From positions 53,134,001 to 53,198,000 of the forward strand of contig OX597824.1 in the NCBI GenBank assembly GCA_951406725.2: a stretch of 64,000 nt of DNA, in the 5' to 3' direction. The notes under the pieces were generated by a model. It did no database searches, was not told the origin of the DNA, and saw only the letters and a list, made by a program, of their open reading frames with translations. A program made the position numbers and the translations under genes. The DNA comes from Octopus vulgaris (lineage: Eukaryota). This document shows, one piece after another, positions 1-12,910 of the stretch (the stretch's first letter is position 1; every line of letters starts with the position of its first letter).

Positions 1-1258
1 GGTTAAACATTGCCCTTGACTTGTATCTTCTTATCAATCGCGAAGAATGAAAGCCAAAATTGGCATAGGCAGGATTTTAACTGAAAACACCAAGCGCCAT
101 AACAAATATCACAAATCATTTAATCCGACGCTGTAATATGTAACCCAGTTCACCTCAAAAACATGAACATTAAAAATGCATAAATTAGATGAATACTTCT
201 AGATTCAAGGAATGTAGTGATGGTCTGCGTCGACAGAGCAATTGTGAGGATGTGTGTTGGGAAATAATTCAATTACAAAGATTTCCAAAATCCTGCAGTG
301 AATGAAAGTTGGAGACTGTGAAGTGAGTGTAGGTACAACTCCATGAAAGATGAGATACGTGGTACGGTCTTCATTTGCAAAGATTTCTATCGGTGCTTGG
401 AATCTTTTAAAATTAACGACGGTTGATAAATTTCTATATATGGAGCTATAAGAGAGGCTGTTAGGGGTGAACAAGTATAGCTGATGCGCGGGGTAGAGTA
501 AATGGAAGTTCTGCACTAAGATATTTCAGTGGCGACTTCTTAATGATTAGCATGCAAAAGTAAGAAAGAAATGAAGGCCTTAAATGATAGAGACAAGATG
601 TGGACAAGGGGGTAACCTTAGTAAATGAGAGAGTCAAGAAGAGAGTGACAGAGATGTGGTGAGAGGAAGGGCCAAGAGAGACTTAGATGTAAAGACCACA
701 CTACTTCTCTCACACTGGCTATTTGCGAAACCAATGCCTGTTCTGGTACTGTTGTTCTATATATCACTGGCGGGTAGGTGAATCACTACTATCTCTAGCA
801 ATCGACAGGACCAAAGAAGGTCGAAATCACGCGATCTGGTGGTCTGGGCCCCGAGGGCGGTGGGGATTTGTCTCCCGCTAACGATATAAACAAAGCCAAT
901 ATGATAGTTTCTCTCATGATATCTACTGTAGTATAGTTTGTTCCAACAGAACATCCAGGTTTAAGTGGGAATAAATATGACCTCACTTCACAGTCTCCAA
1001 TTTTCATTAACTGCGATGATTTGTCGTCTATTGTTTACCCCTACCATTTTTTTATTATTCCTACTTCCGTCAATCAAATAAGAGAAAGAACTCACTATTG
1101 AAACACAATAATTCAAAACATCAGATTTCTCAGTTCCCCATCGCAACTGAATGGACTGATATCTACAATCTCTTATGGATTTACTGTAACCACTACTTCT
1201 TATATTGCCCCCGCAGATTCTTAGTACTTCCCTTAGATTCAAAATATTACCCCCCCCC

Positions 1259-1293
<35 letters not shown>

Positions 1294-1699
1294 CACACAA
1301 ACAAGCAAACAAGCACACACAAGCACACACGCAAACTCATACACAAACATATATATTCAAGATACATATTTGCATTTACTTGTATGGAAGAGGGACACTT
1401 GCGTGTTGTTTTCTGTTAAATCTACTTATTCTATATTTTGAGACACTTCAGAATAAATTAATTGGGATGACTAACTGCTTTGACCAATTTTCAAATGACA
1501 AAATCAAGGAGTGTTCTCCGTTTCGCTGTAACCATAATATACCCATATGTGTACGTGTTTGCCTATATATATATGTATGTATGTATCTATGGATGGGTAT
1601 ATATTCATTCTATATGTGTGCTTGTGTGCGTGTGTGTGTGTGAAAGTGCACATACACATATGCATGTGTATATATTAATGTAATTATATATTGTGTCTT

Positions 1700-1900
1700 T
1701 CTATTTGTCCGCTCCACCGCTTGACAATATGTGTTGGTTTATTTATATCCCCGTAACTTAGCGATTCATTGAAAATGTCCTATAGATTAAGTATTAGATA
1801 TAATAAATACAGGAGATTGATTTATTTGATGAAACCCTTACAGGTGTTGTCCCAGCATGGCCGCAGTCCAATGACTGAAAGAAGTAAATGATAAAAGATG
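1700..1900 (+). mobile_element. 3' half of SINE family B (CR1-like tail)
   Basis: ccccgtaacttagcg...cccagcatggccgcagtccaatgactgaaa matches the copy at 12314-12645; follows a (GT)n/(AT)n internal tract. Confidence 0.65.
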
Positions 1901-2430
1901 TGTGTGGAGGTTGTTGTCTTTGTTGTTGTTGTTGTTGTGTGTGTGTGTGAGCACATATACATGCGAGTGTGTGTGATAGAGATCTTTCTTGTGAAATGAT
2001 TATATACGCGCATCCGTCAAATGACATCTTATTGACTAATCAGTCAATCTTTCAAGTGCCATTCCCGCACACTACACTATTTCCAGACAACTTCATTTCC
2101 GTTTCTCTTTCTCTCACTCCCTATCCCTCTTCCTCTCTCTCTCTCTCTCTCTCTCTAATTCTCTCTCTCATTCTCTCTTTCTCACTTATTTTACGTTGAT
2201 TTAATTTGCCTACTATATTTTATCAGATCTTCAATTATCTTTTCATCATTCGCCAGAAGCAATGACAGTTAAACATCGATATAGTTGACATGTAAACTAT
2301 TTCATCTCTCTATTTTTCATATAGCAGTGTGCATGCTTTTTACTCAATGCACATATACGCAAACGTATGTAAGTGTGTGTGTGTATATACACACAGACAC
2401 ACACACACGCGCGTGTTTGTATATGTGTGT

Positions 2431-2431
<1 letters not shown>

Positions 2432-2500
<69 letters not shown>
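2432..2500. repeat. (GATA)n microsatellite
   Basis: Perfect tetranucleotide array; a second one lies at about 8278-8367. Confidence 0.95.
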
Positions 2501-2501
<1 letters not shown>

Positions 2502-4191
2502 TACACACACATACATACAGACATACACACACAAGTGCATGTGAGCCTAGCACAATATCTGACAATTGTGATGAATGCGTTAGTCATTAATTATGACTGA
2601 TAGAATAAAGGCAAAGAAAGAAAGAAAATAATTAATATGGTCTTCAAAACTCTTGTTAAACTTCATATCCTTTCTAATTTACTATTTATATTTTATATTT
2701 TTAAACATATTTATATTTTTATATTAATTTTAACGCAACTGTGGTTTCTATCCCAATATCATAAAAATTTGAACCTTTAGTTTTCAGAATATGATTTTTT
2801 TTATATATATATAATTTCAGAAAGTTATGATTATATTCTCTTTTAAAAAGAAAAAAATGTATCGATTTTCTCGTATAAATTACTTTTTGTGACAAAATCC
2901 AACTTCTTAAAAATTCCAGGTTCCAGGTGTATTACGATCTTTTCTTTATGATTGATTAAAGTTATCATACCAAATTTAACTGCATCATTGTCATGAATCC
3001 TTGCTGATATTCCATTCAAAACGATTCTTATGTAAGATCATTCCACTCTACACACGATATCTTCATAGATCATGTCCCACTCTATGATATTGTTTCTTTT
3101 CTTTTTAACTATATTACTCCTGCAAACACGATATGCATACACACCAGCAGTGAGGAGATTCAAACTAACCACTGTCCAAAAAAAGGAAGTGACATACCAT
3201 ACAACATCACCTTGTGTATTCTTTATTGTTTAATGTTATGTGATATGTTATAGTTTGGTGCTGTATGTATACAACGAGATTTTGTAATGTACACTAGTGA
3301 AACATTATAAGATATCATAAACATTGTAAGATATCAAATTTCACGACTCAATCATATCATAAAATATTACATCACTTATTATGTCGTATCATACATCATT
3401 ACTCTAAGATGCTACGCAGCAATCCTGTCTCCCATACACTACTATATTGACCATTTCATTTTACATAACCACATCTTTTAAGAAAATATGATTGAATATA
3501 GCAAAAGCAAGCAATCAATATTATACCATGCAACGCCGAACCACATTAAACAACATTGAATATCATATGTACAATGTTTTTTTTACAACATATTCTACAG
3601 TTGTCTGGAATCTCAACATGGCGTCGAAACACATAACGAAATAGCAAAAAGAAACTTTCATTAATATCGGTTAAGATGTTTCAGAATATAAGCGAGCATA
3701 TTTCGGTTTCCTATTCTCTTGTGAATTTAAGGAGCATAAAACAATATTATGATAAAATAACATGAAACACGCTGGGTGAGGAAAATAAAACATTAAATGA
3801 ATAAAATGTCAGATGATGCTTCCAAGAAATCGAACCAACAGAGCTTGGTTTCACATCACTTGGGTTCAGCCAGCATTTATTCAAGCTTTCCCATAAATAT
3901 TCAGAATGGCTTTTCTTTTGTTTTTTCGCAATTGAACGAAAAACAAGCTTTGATTTTGCTGCCGAAACTTTATATTATCGGCATTTATTGATTCTTACTA
4001 AGCAGTTTCTGCTACCTTAAACCCTATATGGTAAACCATATAGATCGTTGTGTGATGCATACGAACACACACGTATCCACACACTCATACACAGACTAGC
4101 GTATTCAGCATTATAATACATAATACATATATACTTATATTTATATAAGCTTGTTTCTATTAACACGTCATGTTTGTGTCTATATATATAT

Positions 4192-4227
<36 letters not shown>

Positions 4228-5115
4228 GGCATGTGTGTGCGTTTATGTATCTCTGTGTGTGGATATTAACTCGATATGGATGGTCATGTACTAAGAGAGA
4301 ATTGTAAGTCTGTATTATGTAGCTGTGAGAGTGTATATATACTTACGTGTTTGTATGTATGTGTGCGTATTTCTGTTTCAATACACACAGATGAAGAGAT
4401 CATAGCTCATATTTTCCATGTTCAGTGTTTCATCATTACAAAACAATTAGTATCAAAATATCCAGAGTGCAACCTTCGCTGTACATGTCATTAAATCATT
4501 TGCTGTGTACGTCGTTGTTCTAAGAAATCACATCTTTTCTGCTTTCAATCAGACCACAATAAACTTCATTTTGTGCGCCTATGCTGCAATTTTTGCTCTG
4601 TTTTTGGTGTAGTGTATCTCATTCGTTATGCATCATTTCTTTTATATCTTTGCTTTTGACTGCTGACCTAAATTGTATTTTGATTTTAAGTACATCCATT
4701 ATTGCTAGGTTCAATTAATAAATATCTCGCAGGGTTGTTGTATTTTCCTGTGAAGTTGTTCCTGTAGGACGAATATACATCTAGTTACCCATTAAAACCA
4801 AAACATTTTACAATGCAAATCTTAAAAATTCTTCTTCTTTCTTTTTCTCTTCCTTCTTCCTTTAAATATACCTGAACCATTTTTCTTTTTAGCTCACTAA
4901 CATATTTAATGGGGTTATTTTGTTCCTTATTTGAACTGGATTTGATGATAATTAGCGTAATTATTGAATGAACGATGACATGCCAGGGCCGTACATGCAG
5001 AGGCAAATTTTCAATGCAGACAACCGTAACACACTTAAGGTTCCCATTTGTAACAGCTATTTCATTCCACTTCACAGTTAATCTTAAGGTAAGAAAGAAA
5101 CGGTTTTATCTGTAA

Positions 5116-5660
5116 CTAGCAGTATAACCCGGCTTTGCCCGGGATTAAGTTAGGATTATTAAGCTAATCAAGTTCTTTATTTCAAACCAAACTCAGTAAC
5201 ATCGACGTCAAATTTGGGTGAAATCCGTTGAAATTTCACGACTCTATCATATAAAATATTACATATATATATGAGCAACACACACACGTACGTACGTAAA
5301 CCTATTGCATACATGCTTTTGTATGCATACATGTTCGTGTGTTTGTGTGTGTGCGTTGCCCGTATATCAACAAAACACTTCGCTAGAAGGGTACTTAACT
5401 CTTGTTTGCAAACAATGGTGATTTCTCCGACTTGAAAATTGTTAAAAGTTTTAGTTGAAAATTTATTTTTACTGCTATTCGCTGGTGCCTCTGGAAAAAA
5501 TAAGTTGACGAAAATACAGCTGGGATCGTGACGAATGTCCTCCTAAAATTGGAGCGACATACGTGCTAATTTGTGGACGTGCATAAATTACATTCATGTA
5601 CACACACGCACACACACACACATACACACACACACACATCCTGCCTTTTATATATACAGA
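5116..5660 (-). mobile_element. Non-autonomous Helitron
   Basis: Minus strand reads A|TCTGTATATATAAAAGGCAGG...CCCGGGCAAAGCCGGGTTATACTGCTAG|T: 5'-TC, subterminal GC hairpin, CTAG-3', inserted between A and T; ends shared with 54005-55854. Confidence 0.8.
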
Positions 5661-5819
5661 TGCTATAACACTGAAACTTCCTTTCTCTCTCCCTCTCTCT
5701 CCCCCTCCCTCTCTCTCTTTCCCTTCGTTTCTCTCCCTCTCTCTCTTTCTCTTCGTTTCTCTGTCTCTCCCTCTTTCTCTCTCACTCTCTCACTCCCTCT
5801 TCTCTCTCTTTCAGGAGCT

Positions 5820-5935
5820 AAATATAGAAACGACAAACAAAGGGATTAAGTCGATTGCATCGACCCCAGTGCGTAACTGGTACTTATTTAATCGACCCCG
5901 AAAGGATGAAAGGCAAAGTCAACCTCGACGGAATC
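5820..5935 (-). mobile_element. SINE family A fragment (core and tail)
   Basis: atcgaccccgaaaggatgaaaggcaaagtcaacctcg is the reverse complement of the conserved core seen at 6450-6510. Confidence 0.75.
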
Positions 5936-6364
5936 TCAGATTGTATTGTTAGCCAGAAATGCATAATGCTTAGTTAATACAGAAAATGACAGCCAAGAGA
6001 GGAGTTAGAAGTTCGAATCCTGTTACTGGATTGCTGTGTGTCATAACTAATAAATTTTAAATATTCACATAACATGTTATTAAGAACAGGACTATGATTA
6101 TAGGTGATCAAGCTGTAAGCATTCTGGCTTATATTCAGATAGAGCTTATCTCCAATGCATAATCCAATGAGCCTATCTAGCTTTTTGAGATAACAGGAAG
6201 TAATATAAAGAAAATTTCTATCATATTTGTAGCAAGCTGAACTACATAAGAGAGGCACCTAGTTGGTAATCATTGATACAATATAGTTAGCCAATTTTCG
6301 TCACTAGCTGCATCTAGCAGTATAAAATATTGTTAGAATTCAATAGTGAATCAAGGAAATTAAT

Positions 6365-6576
6365 GCAGCGAGCTGGCAGAAACGTTAGCACGCCGGGCGA
6401 AATCTGTAGAGGTATTTCGTTTGTTCTTACGTTCTGAATTCAAGTTCCGCCGAGGTTGACTTTGCCCTTCTTCCTTTTGGTGTCGATAAATTAAGTAGCA
6501 GTTGCGTGCTGGGGTCGATCTAATCGACAGTCTCCCTCGCCCAAAATTTCTGGCCTTGTGCCTTGAGTAGAAAATA
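6365..6576 (+). mobile_element. Full-length tRNA-derived SINE family A (Meta/MESC-like core)
   Basis: A-box-like gagctggcagaa, B-box-like gaattcaagttcc, core gactttgccctt...gtcgataaattaagtagcag, A-rich tail; at least 8 related copies in the window. Core assignment is from recall. Confidence 0.8.
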
Positions 6577-7921
6577 ACAATGAATCAAGGACATAATATT
6601 TAGTATACTTGTTTAAATATGGTACATTTTTTTTACAGACAAAATAATTTTTTGTCGTCGTTTCTAGACCCATTCTTGTAATAGGAATGGTTCTATAAAA
6701 GATTGTAACGAAGTGAACAACACGAGAAGTTTGAAGGGTGAATGATGATGAAAATGGGAAAGACGTTGAAACTAAGAAACATAATATTCTGCTTTCTTCT
6801 CGACTATCTTCAAAGTTTTAGCTGTTAATATTATCTTGTGGAGTTTTACCCCATATATATTCACTGTCTAAAGCTAAAATTTATACGTGATCTAAATATG
6901 CAGCTACTGCTAGCATCGTGTTTAACTGCAACTCATTGGCCGTTAGCATCTTCTATAAACCTCTGCTGATACCCGCATAAATTTCCATATTCCGTTAATT
7001 CTAGATTCTCTAACCAGCACAAACGAGATGTCTCCGCACACTATCTACAAGTCACCAGTTATCGATCCACAAATCACCCAGTACCGGCCCTCTTCAATAG
7101 TACTCAAATGTTAATAGCAGCTTCGAGTGAACAGATATCAATTCTGCCACATTCTATAGAATCAGGGTACCTAATATCTACTGGCATTAGAGTGTTGACG
7201 TTTACCGACTATCATATCTAAGACAATAAGAACTATTTGACATGTTATTGACAATATTTGAGGCAAAGAAAAGTTTTTCTTAAAACAAATTAATACCAAT
7301 AAAATAGGGCTATAAGAATGTGATAAACAATCAGATATGTGGTGTGTGTGTGCGTGTGTTTGCGGGTGTGTAAAATTAAAGGGTAAAATAAATTCCCATC
7401 GAAAAAGCATAATTAAGAAATAAACAGTCAGTGATTGAGTGTTCCTAATTTGACCCCAGCCTACAATTGATGTGAGTAAGATGAACTCCTCCAATTATTT
7501 CAAGGATCGAATTCTTCGTAGACCAATTTTGTCAACCAATAGTTCATGTCGCTTGATAAAATGGCTGCTAATTGGCATATAAAATAATGAAAATTGTGTT
7601 ACCTAATATCATATTATATACAAATAAATTGATAGGCTGCTGAAACATTTGTAGCATGAATTCAAATATGGAATATTTATTCATTTTCATTTGTTAAATT
7701 TCTTCATTGTGTGACATATGCCGCTGGTATTGTTACATAGATTGGAGTTATAGAGTACCTAACATCATCAAACAAGCTAAGGTTCCGCCAATTTTCCCAT
7801 TGACTGGATGATGAAATAATATTCAACAGTACTCTTTCAAAATATCCTACTAACCAAATACACGCTGGAGCCTGCTGACGAAATAACCACGATCATTAAG
7901 ATCAAAACCAACAGATATTTC

Positions 7922-7959
<38 letters not shown>

Positions 7960-8277
7960 TATATAAGTATGTATGTATGTATACATACATATATACATAC
8001 ATGCATGCATGCAAGCATAAATACGTGCATACATACATACATGCACAATACGCATATATGTATATACATATATATAAATATATACCCTGATATATATACA
8101 CATATATATGCACATAAATACACAAATTTATGTACGTATGTGTGTGTGTGTGTGTGCGAGCGCATGTGTGTGTATGTGTTAGTGTGTGTGCGTATATATA
8201 TATATATATATATATATATACGCGTCCGTGTATAAGTATGTACGGTCACACTATTTATATGAGAAAGACATGATTAT

Positions 8278-8367
<90 letters not shown>

Positions 8368-9626
8368 TTACCGTCACTATGTCATTTTCAACAAACGATA
8401 TTTCTTTCAGTGGAACCAATTAACTGTACTGCCATTAAGCAGAATTAGATATTTAAATGTATCAGGTTTTTTAATATTACTTTTTGAGGTGAAACGATGA
8501 CATGAATAAATTTCCATTATCATCCGAAAATTTGAATACATTTCTTCGAGTAAGAAATACTCATAATTTCAAAGCAAGCTCAATGAACTATTGAATATCA
8601 CAATGCATTACCTCCATTTATACACACACACACACACACACACACATACACAAATACACAAACACGCACATACACACACAAACACACAAACACACTCATA
8701 CACATACACACATACACACACACACACACACACAAAGAGAAGCACACCCATAGATACACACTTACCTACATACATGTGTGTATTTGCGTGAATGTAAGCA
8801 GTATATGTGCGTACGCATATGCATGTGTGTGTATATATATACGTGTATGTATATTTATGTATATATATATATGTGCATGTGTATGTATATATATATATAC
8901 ATACATATATCTACACACATGCCTATATATAAGTATATATATATGTGTGTGTGTGTGGGGGGGGGTGTCTTTGTCTGTATCTCTCTATCTCTCTGTATGT
9001 GTGTATGTGTGTGCGTGTGTGAGTGTGATATATGCATACACACATATTACAGAGTATTTAATTTAGGAAATGTGTGAGAAATTGTATGATTATTTATGTA
9101 TACTATTATGTTTATGTTTGTGTGTATATATGTAGATGTGTACTTGTTTATATATACATATATAAATATGTATTTATACACACGCGTCCGCGCGCAGTGT
9201 ATGTAAGCTTGTTTGTATATGTATTTGTATAAGAGACGTATGCTGCAGGTTTGATATAAGTTTCTGTTACACTCATCATGTTTGCGTTTACATGTGTATA
9301 TATGGTGAAATTTCTGTTTTTTTCTGTCTTTGTAGATTCAGCGATGAATAATTTTTTCTTTGTTTTGTTTTTTATTTATTCTTTGCATCTCAGATTTCGA
9401 GATAAACTATGAATTTTATGATATTTAACAAAGAATACTACTTTAATGGATTCGCAGGTATATGCAATTAAGTAGCTTCTTGCTCTGGTTCGTTCATTCT
9501 TACATTCCTTCCTTCTTCATCTCGTCTATCTATTTATTACTTTATTTCGTTTTTACATTTTCTTTTTCATCTTTTTTTGTAACATATTCGAAAATTTAAA
9601 TGAAATACAATCAAAAGAAAACTTAC

Positions 9627-9681
9627 ATTTGCACAAAGACAATGAAATGAAGGAAAAAAAGAGTGCAGTTCGATTCAACAT
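9627..9681 (-). CDS. Candidate first coding exon encoding a signal-peptide-like segment (MLNRTALFFSFISLSLCK)
   Basis: ATG, 18 codons with a basic residue then a hydrophobic core, followed by a phase-1 GTAAGT donor; downstream exons not confidently found. Confidence 0.3.
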
Positions 9682-9815
9682 GGAGTCGTCTTTCATTCAG
9701 TCTGTTAAGATCACAGACTGGTGTTTCGGAAGGAACCAACTCTGTATATGCTGTTATAATCGAATGACATTATTTCGGCAACCTGAGCTCGGTTAGTCAG
9801 ATATAGCTTGTGCAC

Positions 9816-9823
9816 TGACGTCA
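9816..9823. promoter_or_regulatory. CRE palindrome TGACGTCA
   Basis: Exact 8-bp CREB/ATF consensus about 135 bp upstream of the candidate ATG at 9681; function unproven. Confidence 0.25.
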
Positions 9824-10479
9824 TTGTACCAAATGATGTAAAACAACTTTTAATAATTCGTTATATAGAGTCATAGTTTGATAAGAATTTGATTTTCATG
9901 GAAAAATTGTGAGTACACTATCATGAACAAAGCAAAACAAGCACTCATACGTATGACTCCGAGTATATTTTTACTGTGTTGCGATGTTATGTGAGCATAG
10001 GCTTGCACACTCACAGATTCTTATGAAGTCCCTAATAACGTCACAAGAATCTGTATCGTGACAAAGTAAGCTAAATACTTGTATCTATCTTTATATGACG
10101 ACTTAGCTAAAGGCTTAAATTTACACGAAGCGCACTAAACGCACGCGTTACCGACTTTAAAATTAGGCAACTTTTGATTATAATTTAATCTACATATAAT
10201 CTACAGACACATGTATTACATAATCGATATTTTTGTATGCGTGCTACACCTATTATATCTGTTTTATGTATGTCTAGGCAGCGTTAGTCTAATTAAGACA
10301 AGGCTCCACAATGTAATAATGGTAAGGACAGTAAAAGCAGGCTACTGGAGGAAAGAACGGTAGGACGCTTTTGCTGTTTATAAAACTTCTGTGCATTCTC
10401 CCCAAAGATATATATTTGCATATTTAAATGTGAATGCATCTACGAGTACTTGTGAACGTATAATGTTCTATCGACCAGG

Positions 10480-10894
10480 CTATAAGATATCCTTATGAAT
10501 CGTTGGTCTCAATGTGCTTATATTTTTCCTTTGGTTACGCGGTTCTCTTACATTTAGATCTAAATATTTGGACTATATCCATTTTACAAATGGTCTCCTC
10601 CGATCTCTTGCACATCGCTCGTCAATTTCATAGTTCCACCGATTGTCTGTGAGCATTGCGACTAGTCTGGCCTTGCGAAACATGCGCTTTTGTTATTCTG
10701 CAATCACATTGTTCGCTCTGAATTGCCTTGTTTTGGTCATGCTCCCCCAAAATATTCCGAGCATGGGTCTTCTTCATGGCCTTTTGTCCAGGTGTGCTGT
10801 GAGCTCATCTCTAATCGAGGCAAATGCCTTTCACCCGGCTCTTACTCTGCACGCGATTTCCGAGCTTGTCTCAACATGTATCTATTTACTTGTG

Positions 10895-10936
<42 letters not shown>

Positions 10937-11050
10937 TATTGTTGGCGTTTGCAATGGATTCTTCTGTAATTACAATCTTTTCGCTGTTTTTAAACTCCTG
11001 TAGAACTTGTGTAAGATTCTTGTAACATGATTTTGTTAGTGTGTTTATAT
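10480..11050 (-). mobile_element. Decayed RTE-clade LINE, C-terminal ORF2 region
   Basis: Minus-strand translation gives TDNRWNYEIDERCARDRRRPFVKW, resembling the RTE motif TDNRW...EW.PR...R..GRP..RW; interrupted by (TA)n. Confidence 0.5.
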
Positions 11051-12313
11051 TTCTGTTTATTACCTTTACATCTGAATGAATCACGTTGTTTGTCATTAAT
11101 TTTATACCTTTTAATCACTAAAAGTCACTTTCCATTTTTTTTACCTTAATGCAGAACTTTGTGTCGAAACTGGGAACTATAAACTGATCAGGACTAAGTG
11201 AGTGGTCTGAAATTAGGCTTGTTGTAAAGGCTATATTCCCTCGTTATGAAAATTATTAGATCATCGCATAATGTTATTTTTTATTCGACGTAAACAAGAA
11301 GTTTGAGCATTGTTCCGTGAGACGATATTATAAAGTTAACGTTTCTTATTTTTCAATGTCTTTTTTATTTAGGGAAATTCTGATAATAATCTTTCTGTAC
11401 TATTCAATGCTGTCTCTGATGATCGATCAACTGTCTTCGGAATTGTATTACTTTCCAGTATATAATATACATATATATATATGCATGACATTGCAACATC
11501 TCACAGACAGAAAAACATTGGCTGGCGTATAGCTTCATCTTGTGGTTTTTTTCTACTTGTATAAACAAAAAGATGAAAACGCATCGTACTGGCGATTCAC
11601 GAGTTCTTTTTCACCAATCTTCGACAATGCTCTTTTCTATTGCTTCATTAATACTTTGCTTATTTTGGAACAATTGCTTTCTTATCCCATTAACATTTTA
11701 AGACCCTCTGAATAAATCGTTTTAAAACCAACTGAATATAAATCATAGTAATAGTTGCTGCGTTTCACAGAAAATAGAAAAGGATCATGGGAATAATGTT
11801 AAATTAGATGAAATCAGTTTAAGACAAACAGAAACATTAATAACATATATTCAAATAGTTTAATTGACCAACCAGACTATAGACTAATACAAGAACAAAT
11901 TTACACTCACGGATACAATACATAGAACACACAACCATGTACACCCATACAAATGAAAATTCTAGCTATAGAATAGATGGATATGTCATTAAAAAGAAAT
12001 CAGATCGCAATGTGCATCACATTTAGCCACAAACCAATAAAACAAATTACAAAGCCACAAAGAATAAAAGCCATTTTCATCAACATGAAACCACAAAAAG
12101 AAGGCACTTTAGAAGACTGTGTAACTTCTAATGTAAATATGGAAGTTCCAAACTTCATGGCACAAGCAACACATTTTAGTGCATTATATGAGATAAAGAT
12201 CAACAGCAGACATTAGTTGATAGCAGGGTTAGGGTGTCCTCTACTGAATTCCATTAGAAATAAGAAATAAACTATTGGAGGTTTAGTCATGCAAAATTCA
12301 AAACAGACAGTAA

Positions 12314-12645
12314 CAAAGCCTTTTGAGTGGATTTGATAGACAGAAACTAAAGAAGTCCGTCGTATATATGTATGTGTGTTGGGGTGCGTATGTGTATGTC
12401 GGTGTGTGTGTGTGTATGTGTGTGTGTGCATGTGTGCGCGTGTGTGTGTGTGTGTTTGTCTGTGTTTGTCCCCCATCGTCAGACCGATGGTGGTGTGTTT
12501 ACGTCCCCGTAAACTAACGGCTCGGCAAAAGAGACCGATAAAATAAGTACTAGGCTTACAAAGAATAAATCCTGGGGTCGATTTGTTCGACTAAAGGCGG
12601 TACTCCAGCACGGCCGCAGTCAAATAACTGAAACAAATAAAAGAA
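12314..12645 (+). mobile_element. SINE family B, 5'-truncated, with internal (GT)n and CR1-like tail
   Basis: aaagccttttgagtggatttgatagacagaaact...(GT)n...ggcggtactccagcacggccgcagtcaaataactgaaac; related copies at 1700, 48422 and 55855. Confidence 0.8.
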
Positions 12646-12665
12646 TATATAAATTTATATATATA

Positions 12666-12769
12666 GCTACGGCGGTACATATTCTGAAAATTGGAATGAT
12701 ACAGAGAAGATTAGCATGGCCCCTGCGCAAGGATGATACGCAAATTCGTGAAACGTTCCATATTCTTTT
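12666..12769 (+). pseudogene. U6: U6 snRNA retrocopy
   Basis: gatacagagaagattagcatggcccctgcgcaaggatgatacgcaaattcgtgaaacgttccatatt matches U6 (ACAGAGA box, AGC triad, ISL); the first ~6 nt are missing, there are several substitutions, and the upstream DNA is a SINE tail rather than an evident promoter. Confidence 0.93.
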
Positions 12770-12773
12770 AAAC

Positions 12774-12828
12774 GGCGGAGCATCAGCATGGCCACAGCTC
12801 TGAGCTGAAACTACAGCAAGAAAAAAAA
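12774..12828 (+). mobile_element. CR1-type LINE 3' tail fused to U6
   Basis: ggcggagcatcagcatggccacagctctgagctgaaacta matches the reverse complement of 59467-59508; ends in an A-rich tract. Confidence 0.8.
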
Positions 12829-12910
12829 TATGTTGAATCCCCAGCGCGAAACTGATTTGTAAGATTGGCCGTAATGGGTATATAATACTGTTCACTTCGG
12901 ATAATATATA

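Noticed and set aside
200-1130. Possible decayed Penelope/LINE fragments with a 35-bp inverted match (294-327 vs 982-1014)
   Set aside because: The inverted match is real but the protein motifs are too degenerate to assign a family.
6365-6450. tRNA genes
   Set aside because: The A/B-box-like motifs belong to SINE heads and no complete cloverleaf was seen.
7171-7217. GKR amidation-like site in a putative minus-strand exon, suggesting a neuropeptide precursor
   Set aside because: A single motif in a very short reading frame, expected by chance; no repeated peptide units.
9394-9457. Plus-strand AG...GT bounded segment with ATG (MNFMIFNKEYYFNGFA)
   Set aside because: Short, no recognisable similarity or partner exons; such signals are common by chance in AT-rich DNA.
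12666-12769. Functional U6 snRNA gene
   Set aside because: The 5' end is clipped, it carries several substitutions, the upstream DNA is a SINE tail with no evident snRNA promoter, and it is fused to a LINE tail; treated as a retrocopy.
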